64,000 bases of DNA from an uncultured Verrucomicrobiae bacterium (GCA_963801815.1 CAWDGJ010000006.1:1-64000); one strand, 5' to 3'. Positions 42,286 through 52,325 are shown, counted from the first letter of the stretch. A program made the numbers and translations. Notes: a model not told the origin generated them from the letters alone.

Positions 42286-43548
42286 ATGAAGGCGTTTCTC
42301 GCGATCGCGCTGTGCATCGTCGCGCTGGGTGTTGTTGTCGCGGAAGAAGTGAAGCCGACTCCTTCAAGCACTCCCGACGCGTCCGATGAAAATGTGCCGC
42401 GTGAATTTCTTGGATTCACCGACGCAAATACATTTCGCGGCGTGATCGACGATCCCGACGGCTACGTCAATCTGCGATCTGGACCGAATGCGAAGTCGCC
42501 AATTGTTACGAAGGTGAACAAAGGCGAGCAGTTCACGTTTCAGCGCCACGAATACGACCCGTGGTGCAAGGTGAAACTGGCTTCCGGCAAAACCGGTTGG
42601 ATCGATGCGCAGCGCATTCTTCTTTTTTTCACCAACAAGGATTTGCCGGGTAAACCGGAGCCGGGCGACGAGATCGACCAAGAGGCGCGCCACCACGGCA
42701 TTGATTATTACGAGGTTACCCAGGGCGCGGTGCGCGGCGACGTTGAAGCGCGCAAGAAATTTTTCGAGGTCAGCGACTATGCGGATGGCGCTGGAGCGGA
42801 AGAACACGAGGGCGTTCTCGGCGTGGTCCTGCATTTAATTGGTGATGACGCGCTGGCCGCGTTTTTGCAAAGCCAGCCGGTTCGGGTCCAGGTCGGCGTG
42901 AGAAATTCTATCGACGATGCCGTGACCTGGCCTTTTCGGAGCACGGGATATCTCTTCCATCATTTCCCCAAGACTTGGAAAATTTTCTTCTGCCGTGAGA
43001 TTACCGATTGGGCTTCACCCGACGGCCAATACGCGATCCACAAAATATTTTCGAACGAATACACCGACGAGGACTCCAAGGTCACTCGCGCGGAGCTGGT
43101 GGACAAAGCGAGCGGGAAGCGCGTGTTCGATCTTACTCGGGAAGATCACGGGTTCGGACGTGATCGCGAGGGCGATGTCGAGTGGGCGCCGGATTCAAAG
43201 GGCTTTCTTTTTAGCACGAGCCGGACTGCCCATGAGCAGGAAATGAAACTTTTCTATTTGTTAGGCAAGTCTTTCCAGAAGATTGAGCTTCCGCAACGGG
43301 ACAAGCCGCCGACGGAGCCGGCTCCAGAAATTGGCAACGCTGCTTATGATGCCGAAGGGTACGAGGAAATTCATTGGCACAGGCCGGGCGCGCTGATTTG
43401 CGACAAATCTTACATCTATAAGAAGACCGGCGCCGATGGTGACGCTTCTTACCTCTACCGGACCTACGAAATGACAATGTCCATTGGCGCGGATGGGAAA
43501 ATGACTAGCGCAGGAAAATGGTTGCTGCCGAAAAAAGGTGAAGAATAA
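42286..43548 (+). CDS. Secreted protein with bacterial SH3 domain
   Basis: Signal peptide; IDDPDGYVNLRSGP...GWI; later WAPDSK propeller-like motif. Confidence 0.75.
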   Translation: MKAFLAIALCIVALGVVVAEEVKPTPSSTPDASDENVPREFLGFTDANTFRGVIDDPDGYVNLRSGPNAKSPIVTKVNKGEQFTFQRHEYDPWCKVKLASGKTGWIDAQRILLFFTNKDLPGKPEPGDEIDQEARHHGIDYYEVTQGAVRGDVEARKKFFEVSDYADGAGAEEHEGVLGVVLHLIGDDALAAFLQSQPVRVQVGVRNSIDDAVTWPFRSTGYLFHHFPKTWKIFFCREITDWASPDGQYAIHKIFSNEYTDEDSKVTRAELVDKASGKRVFDLTREDHGFGRDREGDVEWAPDSKGFLFSTSRTAHEQEMKLFYLLGKSFQKIELPQRDKPPTEPAPEIGNAAYDAEGYEEIHWHRPGALICDKSYIYKKTGADGDASYLYRTYEMTMSIGADGKMTSAGKWLLPKKGEE

Positions 43549-43613
43549 CCGCTACGCACCGCCGCCGCCGGCAAAGTCGCGATCGAGTATAAGCAAATAA
43601 ACGAGGAGGAATA

Positions 43614-44042
43614 ATGTCGAGACCACTAACTGTTCGCGTCCGTATTTGGTTGGCCGGAATTTTGATTGTGCTGTTTTGTCCGGACGCTTTTGCGCAGAGC
43701 GACTTTTCGGCGTTCTGGAAGAAATTCAGCGCCGCGGTCATTGCCGGCGACAAAGCGACGGTGGCTGAGATGACGAAGTTTCCGTTGTCGATGCCCTACT
43801 CGATAAAAGCGGTAAAGAGCAAGGAGGATTTCGAGCGCCGTTATAACGAAATTTTCAATGGCGAGGCGAATGCCGCGCAATGTTTTCGAAATTCCAAACC
43901 GCAAAAGGAATCCGGACAATATGAGATCTACTGTCCGTTCAGGGAAACGCCTAGCGACAAGGAAAACGCACCAATCCGCTTTGTGTTCGAACTGACCAAG
44001 AGCGGTTGGAAATTTGCCGGGCTCGACAATATCAACGAATGA
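43614..44042 (+). CDS. Secreted hypothetical protein
   Basis: Signal peptide (AFA-Q); FWKKF..AV..GDK..VA....FPL pattern. Confidence 0.7.
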   Translation: MSRPLTVRVRIWLAGILIVLFCPDAFAQSDFSAFWKKFSAAVIAGDKATVAEMTKFPLSMPYSIKAVKSKEDFERRYNEIFNGEANAAQCFRNSKPQKESGQYEIYCPFRETPSDKENAPIRFVFELTKSGWKFAGLDNINE

Positions 44043-44074
44043 GAAACGGAAAGAGAGTCGTTGTCGATCTTGTG

Positions 44075-45559
44075 ATGAACAGAAAAGTTGTCGCCGCGGT
44101 TTTGTCGATTACGTGCGCGCTTTCGGCACGCGCGCAGGAGAATCAAGCAATGCAGCGTTCGCTTTCGCCCGACAAGAAATGGGAATACATGGGCGGCGAG
44201 ACGGCAAAACTTGTGAACGCGAGGACGAATGAGACCGCGCTCGATTTCGCAAACGAATGTGATTCCGGGCTGAGCGAACATCCCTCAGTACTTTGGGCGC
44301 CAGATTCAAAGCGCCTTGCGTTTTATAGCTGCGGCGCCGGGAAAGAGCAGCTCACTTTGCTCTACCAGCTGCGCGACGATCATTGGGTCGGGCTTGATCC
44401 GCCGCGGGACAAGCTTTTCGAGCTCGCCGGTGACAAGATCGACGCGCAAGCGAAGAAACAAGACCTGCCGAAGAAGACGTTCCTTCACATGCAATGGTGG
44501 AAGGTTGAGCCGCGGCAGTGGCTGGATGCGAGCACTCTGGTCGTCTACGCTTCGATGGCTGAAGTCGTACACCGCACCGACGGTGAATACGTCGGACCAG
44601 GCTTCAGCGCTAATCTTCTTGTCGATCTGAAATTCGACGACGCTGGCAATTGGAAAATCGCCAAGACGCACGAGATGACGGGCAAAGCGGCTGTATCGCC
44701 ATCGCGGTCGAGTCCACTGAACGACAAAGTTTTGTATCAAAGCCCGCAGGGAACTTATCGCATCCAGGCGAGCGCGGACGGGTCGGCGTTGTGGATCGTG
44801 TCGTCGAAAGATCCGAACCAGCGCAAACCGTTACCTGGTGCCGATCCCGATAATCGTTCGCCCGAAGAGTTCGGAGCTTCGCCCGACGAGCGCTGGTTGG
44901 TCGACAATCGCAAACCGGAACTTTACCACGACGCAGGTAATTTGGCGTTTGCGCCTTTTAACGGGAAGCAGTGGCTCTGGAAACGCGGGATGGAGTATGC
45001 GTCGGAACAATTCCACTTCGCTCGACGCGAGATGAGTGGCGAGTCGGCTGGCTGGAGCTTCGACTCCGCGCGCCTGCTGATTACTTTCAAAGCCGAAGCG
45101 CCTCAGGAGCGCTTCGCCTATTTCAATACCCGGACGAAAACTTTCGAACAAACGCCATATCTGCGAATGGTGAACACCAAGCTGAACACTGAAAAACCAT
45201 ACGAGGCTTTCCCGCAGATCTCGTTCGCGGGCGAGCGTCTCGGGAGCTATCTCGTTTTCGTCGAACCAATCGATCCGCCGCCGTCCGAGGAAATTCTGAA
45301 ATCGCGCTTCGCTGCTTTGGATCAGGAGATGAACACGCTTCGAGAAAAGCGCCTGGCCGAAATCGCCAAAAGCGCGGAGAAATCCATCGTCGACTTCAAC
45401 CGCTCCTATGCCGAGAAATGGAACAAGATGCGCGATGAGGCCGTGCAGCTCTATCTTCCATTTGCGCCGGATGCCGAAAAGGAAAGCCGAAAGCTACAAT
45501 TCCTTTGCGATCTCACCCAGCGAGAGGTGAATGGACTAAAGGAAATCAACGCCGAATAA
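44075..45559 (+). CDS. Secreted multidomain hypothetical protein with possible C-terminal LprI/DUF1311-like helical domain
   Basis: Signal peptide (ARA-Q); SPD/WAPDSKR/WSFDS motifs; LDQEMN...KWNKMRD...LTQRE. Confidence 0.65.
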   Translation: MNRKVVAAVLSITCALSARAQENQAMQRSLSPDKKWEYMGGETAKLVNARTNETALDFANECDSGLSEHPSVLWAPDSKRLAFYSCGAGKEQLTLLYQLRDDHWVGLDPPRDKLFELAGDKIDAQAKKQDLPKKTFLHMQWWKVEPRQWLDASTLVVYASMAEVVHRTDGEYVGPGFSANLLVDLKFDDAGNWKIAKTHEMTGKAAVSPSRSSPLNDKVLYQSPQGTYRIQASADGSALWIVSSKDPNQRKPLPGADPDNRSPEEFGASPDERWLVDNRKPELYHDAGNLAFAPFNGKQWLWKRGMEYASEQFHFARREMSGESAGWSFDSARLLITFKAEAPQERFAYFNTRTKTFEQTPYLRMVNTKLNTEKPYEAFPQISFAGERLGSYLVFVEPIDPPPSEEILKSRFAALDQEMNTLREKRLAEIAKSAEKSIVDFNRSYAEKWNKMRDEAVQLYLPFAPDAEKESRKLQFLCDLTQREVNGLKEINAE

Positions 45560-45581
45560 GAATTCGGTTTTCATGAAATTC

Positions 45582-47468
45582 TCAGGGCCGCCGCTCTTTG
45601 ATCGACGATAAGATCTCCGCGATGGCCTCCTCGCGAGGCTTGGCGCCGAGGTTTCCTTTGCCGTGGACGCGAACGCTGACCGCGTTCGCGTCCATGTCGC
45701 GTTTACCGATTACGAACATGGTATGGACCTTCAATTGCTCGGCGCGCTGGATCTTTCCGTTGATCTGGTCCGTGCCCTTGTCGATCTCGGCGCGGACTTG
45801 ATGCGCGCGCAGCTCTTTCAAGATCGACATCGAGTAATCCACGAGCTTCGCGTCGTCGCCGATCGTGAGAATGCGGACCTGCTCGGGCGAAAGCCAAAGC
45901 GGAAAATTGCCGGCGTAATGCTCGATCAGGAATCCGATGAAGCGTTCATGCGTGCCCAGCGGTGCACGATGAATGCAAATCGGGATCTTCTCGGTGTTAT
46001 CCTTGTCCTTGTAACGAAGGTCAAAGCTTCGCGGCTGCGCGAAATCGACCTGGTTTGTTGCGATTGAAAATTCGCGTCCGATCACGCTCCAGGCCTGCAC
46101 ATCGATCTTCGGTCCATAAAACGCCGCTTCGTTCGGCACTTCGACATAGTTGATCCCGGAATTCTTTAGGACGTTGCGCGTCATCTCTTCGGTTTGCTTC
46201 CAAAGCTCGGGATCGTTCACGAACTTCTCGCCGAGCTTCGCCGGATCATGGGTTGAGAAGCGCATCAGGTACTTGTCGATTCCGAAAAGCTTGAAGTAAT
46301 TGAGATACATCTCGTTAACCGCGTTGAACTCGGTTTCGAATTGTTCGGGCGTCATGTAAAGATGCGCGTCGTTCATCTGGAGCGAGCGCACCCGCATCAG
46401 TCCGAAGAGTTCACCACTCTTCTCGTAGCGATAACAGGTTCCGTACTCCGCGAACCGCAATGGCAGGTCGCGATAACTCCGCGGCACGGCGGCAAACAAC
46501 TTGTGATGATGCGGACAGTTCATCGCCTTTAAATAATATCGGATTGCGGTTCGCGGATCGCGGCTACCGGCTACATGGACATCTTCCTTTCCGCTTTCCG
46601 GTATCCGGTCTCCGCTTTCGGACAGTTCCATCGGTGGAAACATCGAGTCGGCGTAGTAGGGAAGATGGCCGCTCTTTTTATATAAGCTTTCGCGGGCGAT
46701 ATGCGGAGTCCGGACGCGGACATACCCCGCCGCGAACTCCGTTTCTTTGGCGAGCTTCTCGAGCTCTTCGACGATCGCGGCTCCCCGCGGAAGAAACATT
46801 GGAAGACCCGGACCGACGTCGTCGTCGAAAACAAAAATTTCCAATTCGCGGCCGAGCTTGCGATGATCGCGCTTTTTCGCTTCCTCGAGCATCGCAAAAT
46901 ATTCTTCGAGCTCCTTTCTCGTCTTGAACGCGGTGCCGTAAACGCGCTGGAGCTGCGGATTCTTTTCGTCGCCTTTGTAATACGCGCTGGCGACGCTGGT
47001 GAGCTTGAACGCCCCGATGTTTCCCGTGCGCATCACGTGCGGGCCGGCGCAGAGATCGATGAAATCGCCGTTGCGATAGAGTGAGATCTTTTCGCCCGGT
47101 GGAATTCCTTCGAGGATATCGACCTTGAATTTGCTCGGTTCAGGCCTCGCACCAAGGGCACCAAGTTCACCACGTTTTCCCATGGCCAAGGCCTCATCGC
47201 GCGAGACCTCCATTTTCTCGAACGGATGATTCGCTTTGATTTCCTTTTTCATCTCCGCCTCGATCTTCTCGAAATCTTCTGGCGAGATGCGATGCGGAAG
47301 ATCGACATCGTAATAAAAACCGTTCTCGACCGGCGGCCCGGCAGCAAACTGCGCCTCGGGCCAGATTTTCAGGATCGCCGTAGCCAGCACGTGCGACGCG
47401 GAATGGCGGAGACGCTCGATGTCCGTCATCTGGGCGCGCTGTTCTAAAGTTTTGCGGTCCTCGTTCAT
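45582..47468 (-). CDS. thrS: Threonine--tRNA ligase
   Basis: RHSASHVLA, DLCAGPH, RDHRKLG, KAMNCPHH, GLMRVR, AFYGPKID, IHRAPLG. Confidence 0.97.
   Translation of the reverse strand: MNEDRKTLEQRAQMTDIERLRHSASHVLATAILKIWPEAQFAAGPPVENGFYYDVDLPHRISPEDFEKIEAEMKKEIKANHPFEKMEVSRDEALAMGKRGELGALGARPEPSKFKVDILEGIPPGEKISLYRNGDFIDLCAGPHVMRTGNIGAFKLTSVASAYYKGDEKNPQLQRVYGTAFKTRKELEEYFAMLEEAKKRDHRKLGRELEIFVFDDDVGPGLPMFLPRGAAIVEELEKLAKETEFAAGYVRVRTPHIARESLYKKSGHLPYYADSMFPPMELSESGDRIPESGKEDVHVAGSRDPRTAIRYYLKAMNCPHHHKLFAAVPRSYRDLPLRFAEYGTCYRYEKSGELFGLMRVRSLQMNDAHLYMTPEQFETEFNAVNEMYLNYFKLFGIDKYLMRFSTHDPAKLGEKFVNDPELWKQTEEMTRNVLKNSGINYVEVPNEAAFYGPKIDVQAWSVIGREFSIATNQVDFAQPRSFDLRYKDKDNTEKIPICIHRAPLGTHERFIGFLIEHYAGNFPLWLSPEQVRILTIGDDAKLVDYSMSILKELRAHQVRAEIDKGTDQINGKIQRAEQLKVHTMFVIGKRDMDANAVSVRVHGKGNLGAKPREEAIAEILSSIKERRP
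46538..46620. repeat. Two inverted heptamer arrays inside thrS
   Basis: GGATTGC GGTTCGC GGATCGC GGCTACC ... CCGCTTT CCGGTAT CCGGTCT CCGCTTT. Confidence 0.75.
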
Positions 47469-47554
47469 GAAAGGCCGGAGAAAATAACCACGAACAACAC
47501 GAAGAACACCAAGAATTTGTCGCATCGGAATTAATGGTCTAGAGCGAATAGGTA

Positions 47555-48271
47555 ATGATGAGGCGGTTCTCGCATTGGCTTGCTATCGGTGTGGTAGTCG
47601 TGACCAGCTGCCAGAAGCAGCCCGTCTCCAGTTCCGAATTCGCCGCTGATCGGCAGAAAATGGTCGAGCAGCAGCTCAAGCCGCGGGGAATCCGCGACGA
47701 GCGGGTGCTGGCGGCGACGGCGAAAGTGCCGCGTGAAGAATTCGTCCCGGAAAATTTGCGAACGCAGGCGTATGCCGATAGAGCCCTGCCGATTGGTCAC
47801 GATCAAACAATCTCGCAACCATTCATCGTTGCGTTTATGACCGAACAACTTCACCCGCAACCGGCGGATCGTATTTTGGAAATCGGAACAGGATCGGGTT
47901 ATCAAACCGCGATCCTGGCCGAGCTGGTGAAAGACGTTTACACCATCGAGATCGTCGAACCGCTGGCGAAGGACGCGTCGGCGAGGTTGGCGAGACTTGG
48001 TTATAACAACGCGCATGTGAAAGTTGGCGACGGTTACCAAGGCTGGCCCGAGGTCGCGCCATTCGATGCAATCATTGTGACCTGCGCGCCGAGCAAGGTT
48101 CCGCAGCCGTTGACGCAACAGCTGAAAGAAAACGGACGTATGCTCATTCCGGTTGGAACTGGCATGGATCAACAGCTTTATTTGTTGGAAAAGAAAAACG
48201 GCCAGCTCGCGCAAACCGCGATCCTGCCGGTGCGCTTTGTGCAAATGACCGGCGAAGCGGAAAAGAAGTGA
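47555..48271 (+). CDS. pcm: Protein-L-isoaspartate O-methyltransferase with N-terminal lipoprotein-like signal
   Basis: VPREEF, QTISQP, LEIGTGSGYQ, GDGYQGWPEVAPFDAI. Confidence 0.93.
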   Translation: MMRRFSHWLAIGVVVVTSCQKQPVSSSEFAADRQKMVEQQLKPRGIRDERVLAATAKVPREEFVPENLRTQAYADRALPIGHDQTISQPFIVAFMTEQLHPQPADRILEIGTGSGYQTAILAELVKDVYTIEIVEPLAKDASARLARLGYNNAHVKVGDGYQGWPEVAPFDAIIVTCAPSKVPQPLTQQLKENGRMLIPVGTGMDQQLYLLEKKNGQLAQTAILPVRFVQMTGEAEKK

Positions 48272-48304
48272 CCCGCCTTCGCCCAAGGCTACGGCGTGGC
48301 AGGC
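48270..48304. repeat. Palindromic repeat between convergent genes (uninterrupted homolog of 3845-3895)
   Basis: GACCCGCCTTCGCCCAAGGCTACGGCGTGGCAGGC. Confidence 0.8.
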
Positions 48305-48308
48305 AAGG

Positions 48309-48845
48309 TCACTTTTTGATTTCGGCGAGCTTTTTGAGGTCGACCCGTTTGATCCACTCCTGAAGATCCTTCGGATCAAGGTTGTGCAATTCAACGGTGA
48401 CGAAGTAGCGCTTCGCGAGCATGACCCAAAGTGTCGCTTGTTTCTGGTCTTTGTCGTAGGCTTCGAATCCGGGATTGCTATCAATGGCGACTGCCTTGGC
48501 GTAGCCGTCCGGCGTTTCGCTGTTCTGCTTCCACCCGTTGGTCGTGGCCTCGACGTAATCCGGGTTTGCCACCGAATCGAGAATGCTAATGGACGCTGTT
48601 GGCGCGTCGGGTCCTTCGCCCTTTTGATAATCGCGATGGACGTTGGTGATTTTAAATCCGCCAACATCGTCGCTCGAACCTTCCGCTTTCTCCGCAGTCC
48701 AACCAGCCGGCGGCTCGGGTAAAATTGGAATCAGTGTCGCGGGATCGGCAACGTCCGGGATCAGGTTTGGCTCGTTTTGCGCTTGCAGCGCAGCCACGCC
48801 AAGGCCGATGGCCAATGTCAGAAGATAGACGGTCGTCTTCATCAC
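48309..48845 (-). CDS. Secreted hypothetical protein
   Basis: Signal peptide (LQA-Q); LPEPPAGW; C-terminal DLKKLA. Confidence 0.7.
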   Translation of the reverse strand: MMKTTVYLLTLAIGLGVAALQAQNEPNLIPDVADPATLIPILPEPPAGWTAEKAEGSSDDVGGFKITNVHRDYQKGEGPDAPTASISILDSVANPDYVEATTNGWKQNSETPDGYAKAVAIDSNPGFEAYDKDQKQATLWVMLAKRYFVTVELHNLDPKDLQEWIKRVDLKKLAEIKK

Positions 48846-48997
48846 ACGCGTTAGCTACTCGATTGACTTTGCTACGATGCTTTGTCAAGAGGCGATCCAT
48901 GAGACGAACGTCCCATCTTGCAATTATTATCTCGATCCTCGGCTCTGAACGAAGCAACTTCTGAATTTCAAATTTATCCGCTCGACCCAATATTGAA

Positions 48998-49492
48998 ATG
49001 AACGGCAAGAATTTCACTATTCGACCGGCTACAATCGGCGATGTCCCGGTCATTCTTGAATTAATCCGGGCCCTCGCAACCTACGAACGAGCGCCGGATG
49101 AAGTTATCGCAAGCGAGCAAGGTCTTACCGAGGTTCTCTTTGGCAAAAAGCCGGCTGCGGAGGTTTTGCTCGCGCGTGAGGGAGATAGAGCGGTGGGCTT
49201 CGCGGTCTTTTTTCACAATTTCTCGACCTGGCTCGGCCGGGTCGGACTTTATCTGGAAGATTTATTCGTCAGGCCGGAAGATCGCGGCAAAGGTTATGGA
49301 CGAGCTCTGCTCGTTCATCTTGCCAAAATCGCGCGCGACCGCGGTTGTGGCCGAATGGAATGGGCAGTGCTCGATTGGAACGAACCTGCGATCAATTTTT
49401 ATCGAAAGCTCGGTGCGAAACCGATGCACGAATGGACAGTTTTCCGATTAACTCCTGAGGATATCGCAAGCCTCGCCGATTCGCCGAGGTAG
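48998..49492 (+). CDS. GNAT N-acetyltransferase (diamine acetyltransferase-like)
   Basis: FSTWLG, LYLEDLFV, RGKGYG, RMEWAVLDWNEPAI. Confidence 0.92.
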   Translation: MNGKNFTIRPATIGDVPVILELIRALATYERAPDEVIASEQGLTEVLFGKKPAAEVLLAREGDRAVGFAVFFHNFSTWLGRVGLYLEDLFVRPEDRGKGYGRALLVHLAKIARDRGCGRMEWAVLDWNEPAINFYRKLGAKPMHEWTVFRLTPEDIASLADSPR

Positions 49493-49498
49493 CTCAGT

Positions 49499-50446
49499 TC
49501 ACGCGCGGACGAGGCGAGCGACCAGATCTTCGCTGGCGACAAAGCCGATCAAATTTCGTTTTTGATTAACAACCGCGGCCAATCCGAGCCGCGCTGCTCG
49601 CAAACGTTGGACTGCCTCTGCAGCCGGCTCCGTTTCTTGCACTGTGACCATGCGCCGCAAATACCGCGTGAGCGAGGGCGGTTTGTCCTGGTCCAGCAGA
49701 ATGTCGAACACGTTGACGAGTCCGATGGCGTCACCGCCAGCGTCGATGACCGGCAGACGATCGAACCCGGTGGAGCGACCCAGGTCGAGCGCCTCTTCGA
49801 CCGTGGAGTCTGGCTTCAGGCTCTTGATGTTTGACAGCGGTTTCATCACGTCCCGCGCCGTCACGTTTTGAAAATCGACCACGTTGTGAATCATGGCCCG
49901 TTCGGTGGCACTGAGTGACCCTTCGCGCTCGCTTTGGGCGGTGATTTGTTTCAGTTCATCACGTCCGGCGAACAAACGCGCGCTTTTCTTTGCTCGTGGT
50001 GGAAGAATGAGGCGACCTAACATTGCACCGATTGCGAGAAGCGGCGCAAGTAACGCCGTGGTGATTTCCAGAAATCGCGACAATGCACCGAGAGCTCGGT
50101 AGGGGAACCGACGAAACAACGATTTCGGCAAAACGCCGAGAACGAAAAGATAAATCGGGACTGCGATTGCGACGCTCAACAGAAAACCGGCGCCATGGAA
50201 ACGCAAGACAAGAAATCGCGTTAGAAGTAGCAGGCCGATGATGTCGGCGAGATTTGTAACCAGCAACACCGTAACGAGCAACCGTTCCGGACTTTTCAAG
50301 AGGCGATCCAGTCGCAGTGCATCCGGCCGGTTAAGTTTTACGTTGTATCGCAACCGTGCCGGATCCACCGTGGCGAGGCCGGCTTCGATTCCATTGAATA
50401 AGAATGAAACAACCCAACAGCCGAAAATGATGAAGAAATCCTTCAT
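49499..50446 (-). CDS. CNNM (DUF21) + CBS domain protein
   Basis: FNGIEAG, VLPKSLF, ARDVM, CBS pair. Confidence 0.85.
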   Translation of the reverse strand: MKDFFIIFGCWVVSFLFNGIEAGLATVDPARLRYNVKLNRPDALRLDRLLKSPERLLVTVLLVTNLADIIGLLLLTRFLVLRFHGAGFLLSVAIAVPIYLFVLGVLPKSLFRRFPYRALGALSRFLEITTALLAPLLAIGAMLGRLILPPRAKKSARLFAGRDELKQITAQSEREGSLSATERAMIHNVVDFQNVTARDVMKPLSNIKSLKPDSTVEEALDLGRSTGFDRLPVIDAGGDAIGLVNVFDILLDQDKPPSLTRYLRRMVTVQETEPAAEAVQRLRAARLGLAAVVNQKRNLIGFVASEDLVARLVRA

Positions 50447-51723
50447 GCCGCAGCCGTATCCGTTTGATTCTCTACGCAGGCCGTCTTTTCCAAAACGAGT
50501 TCCTTGATTCGCTTTCGACTCGTTCGTCTGATTATCACGGTCAGCCGCGGCAACTCGATACGGGTTCCTTCCGGCGGCAAAGATCCCATTTGATTGAAGA
50601 TAAGGCCGCCGATGGTGTCGATACCGTCCGCCTCCAATTCGAAGCCAAGGTATTCGCGCAAGTCGTCGAGGCGAGCCTGGCCGCTCACCAGAAATGTCCC
50701 GTTCTCGAGCGGCTCGATGTAAAGATCGACGTCTCCGCCGCGCGGCGCCGCGTCGCTCAGAATTTCTTCCACGATATCGGACATGGTGATGATGCCTTCA
50801 GTTCCACCAAATTCGTCAACCACGACCGCCAATCCCTGCGGATGTGTGAGAAACAATTTGAGCAAATCGAGCGCGCGCATCGTTTCCGGTACAAACGACG
50901 GCGCAAGCAATGTCTCAGTGTAATGCTCCGATGGATCCAGGAGGAATCGTTTCACATCGATGATCCCGACGACGTTGTCCGGCGTGTCGGCGTAAACTGG
51001 AACGCGCCGGTAACGGCGTTCTTTTAGCTGCTCAATCGCTTGTCCGTTTGTCAGGTCGTCCGCCAACGCAAAACTGTCCACCCGCGGCGTCATGCAATCT
51101 TTCGCTGTTTTGTCGCCCATCTTAATGATCTCCTGAATCATCTCGCCCTCGGCTTCGTGGAGCGTCCCTTCTTCCTCTCCGATTTCGACGAGCGCTCCAA
51201 ACTCCTCGTCGCTGAGTCGCGTCCGCGTCCGCAGGCGCGCCGGTGTCACAAGATCGACAATCACCTCACCGGCGCTTTCGAGCATACTTCCTACGCGATC
51301 GAGAAATCGCACCGAAGCCTGGAGGGCGAACGTGCCGATTGTTGAAAGTCGATATGGCGCGGAAAGCGCGAGCAACTTCGGGATCAAATCGCAAAGCAGC
51401 ACGACGACAGCGAAGATCACAATCGCGGTGAGCCATTGCGGAACCCGGCCGGCCAGCGGACCACGCCAGAGCAGGAACAGACACAGGACGACCAACGGCA
51501 CTTTGACCAGCGCATCTCCGAGCAGCAATCCATTCAACACCCGGCGCGGCTTGTCGCGGAACAACTGGACGAATTTGGTCAGCGCGGGATGATTTGCCTC
51601 CAATCGTCGCAATTGGTGCGGCCGCAGCGAAAACAGCGCGGTTTCCAGTCCGGAAAAGAGCGCAGAGAAAAAAATCAGCCCGGCGATCGCAACAAAAGAA
51701 ACCGCCAGCTCCAGCGGCGTCAT
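50443..51723 (-). CDS. Hemolysin-family CNNM/CBS/CorC transporter
   Basis: FSGLETALFSL, MTPR, VVDEFGGTEGIIT..DIVEEI, DTIGG. Confidence 0.9.
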   Translation of the reverse strand: MTPLELAVSFVAIAGLIFFSALFSGLETALFSLRPHQLRRLEANHPALTKFVQLFRDKPRRVLNGLLLGDALVKVPLVVLCLFLLWRGPLAGRVPQWLTAIVIFAVVVLLCDLIPKLLALSAPYRLSTIGTFALQASVRFLDRVGSMLESAGEVIVDLVTPARLRTRTRLSDEEFGALVEIGEEEGTLHEAEGEMIQEIIKMGDKTAKDCMTPRVDSFALADDLTNGQAIEQLKERRYRRVPVYADTPDNVVGIIDVKRFLLDPSEHYTETLLAPSFVPETMRALDLLKLFLTHPQGLAVVVDEFGGTEGIITMSDIVEEILSDAAPRGGDVDLYIEPLENGTFLVSGQARLDDLREYLGFELEADGIDTIGGLIFNQMGSLPPEGTRIELPRLTVIIRRTSRKRIKELVLEKTACVENQTDTAAA

Positions 51724-51809
51724 TCTTGGCTGCGGCGCCGAATGTTATCGGGGCCCTCCGGAAAAGTCGGTTTGCCCATCATCTGAGGCATGCTGAAATT
51801 AAGCGCTTC

Positions 51810-52277
51810 ATGAGCAAAGGCGAAAGAATTTCGCAATTCGTGCGGGACCTCGAAGGCGAGGGTGACAATTTTTCCGGCGAGATCGCGCAACATCCGTTCT
51901 ATCGGGCCTATTTTCGGTGTTGGAACGATCAACGATACTACGAAGCGCACGACGTGCTGGAGCATCTCTGGCTCAATAGCGACACCGTCGACGATAATTT
52001 TTTCAAGGGGCTGATCCAGGCCGCGGGCGCGTTCGTTCATCTCCAAAAGAATTTCGAGCACCCGACACATGTGAAGCATAGCCGGCGCCTCCGCCCGGCG
52101 GTGCGACTCTTCGAGCTGGCGGAGAAGAACCTCGGCCCGTTCGCTCCGTCGCATCACGCGCTCGACATCGCGGCTCTTCTCAATCTTCTGCGCGGAACGC
52201 GCGAGCGGATTATTGCGTCAGATTTCAAAACCAATCCATGGTCGCCAGCGACCGCGCCTAAAATCAAATTGATGTAG
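51810..52277 (+). CDS. DUF309 domain-containing protein
   Basis: YYEAHDVLEHLW...KGLIQ.A...H. Confidence 0.88.
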   Translation: MSKGERISQFVRDLEGEGDNFSGEIAQHPFYRAYFRCWNDQRYYEAHDVLEHLWLNSDTVDDNFFKGLIQAAGAFVHLQKNFEHPTHVKHSRRLRPAVRLFELAEKNLGPFAPSHHALDIAALLNLLRGTRERIIASDFKTNPWSPATAPKIKLM

Positions 52278-52325
52278 CCACCGGCCTGTGGCCGGTCGCT
52301 CACGGCGCATAGCGCCGTGGCTACA
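52273..52325. repeat. TGTAG...CTACA REP doublet between convergent genes
   Basis: TGTAGCCAC/GTGGCTACA ends; hairpins ACCGGCC-TGT-GGCCGGT and ACGGCGC-ATA-GCGCCGT. Confidence 0.88.

Noticed and set aside
43218..43228. GAGCCGGACTG partial match to the 18-bp element
   Set aside because: 11-nt match without the hairpin's 5' arm; compatible with chance
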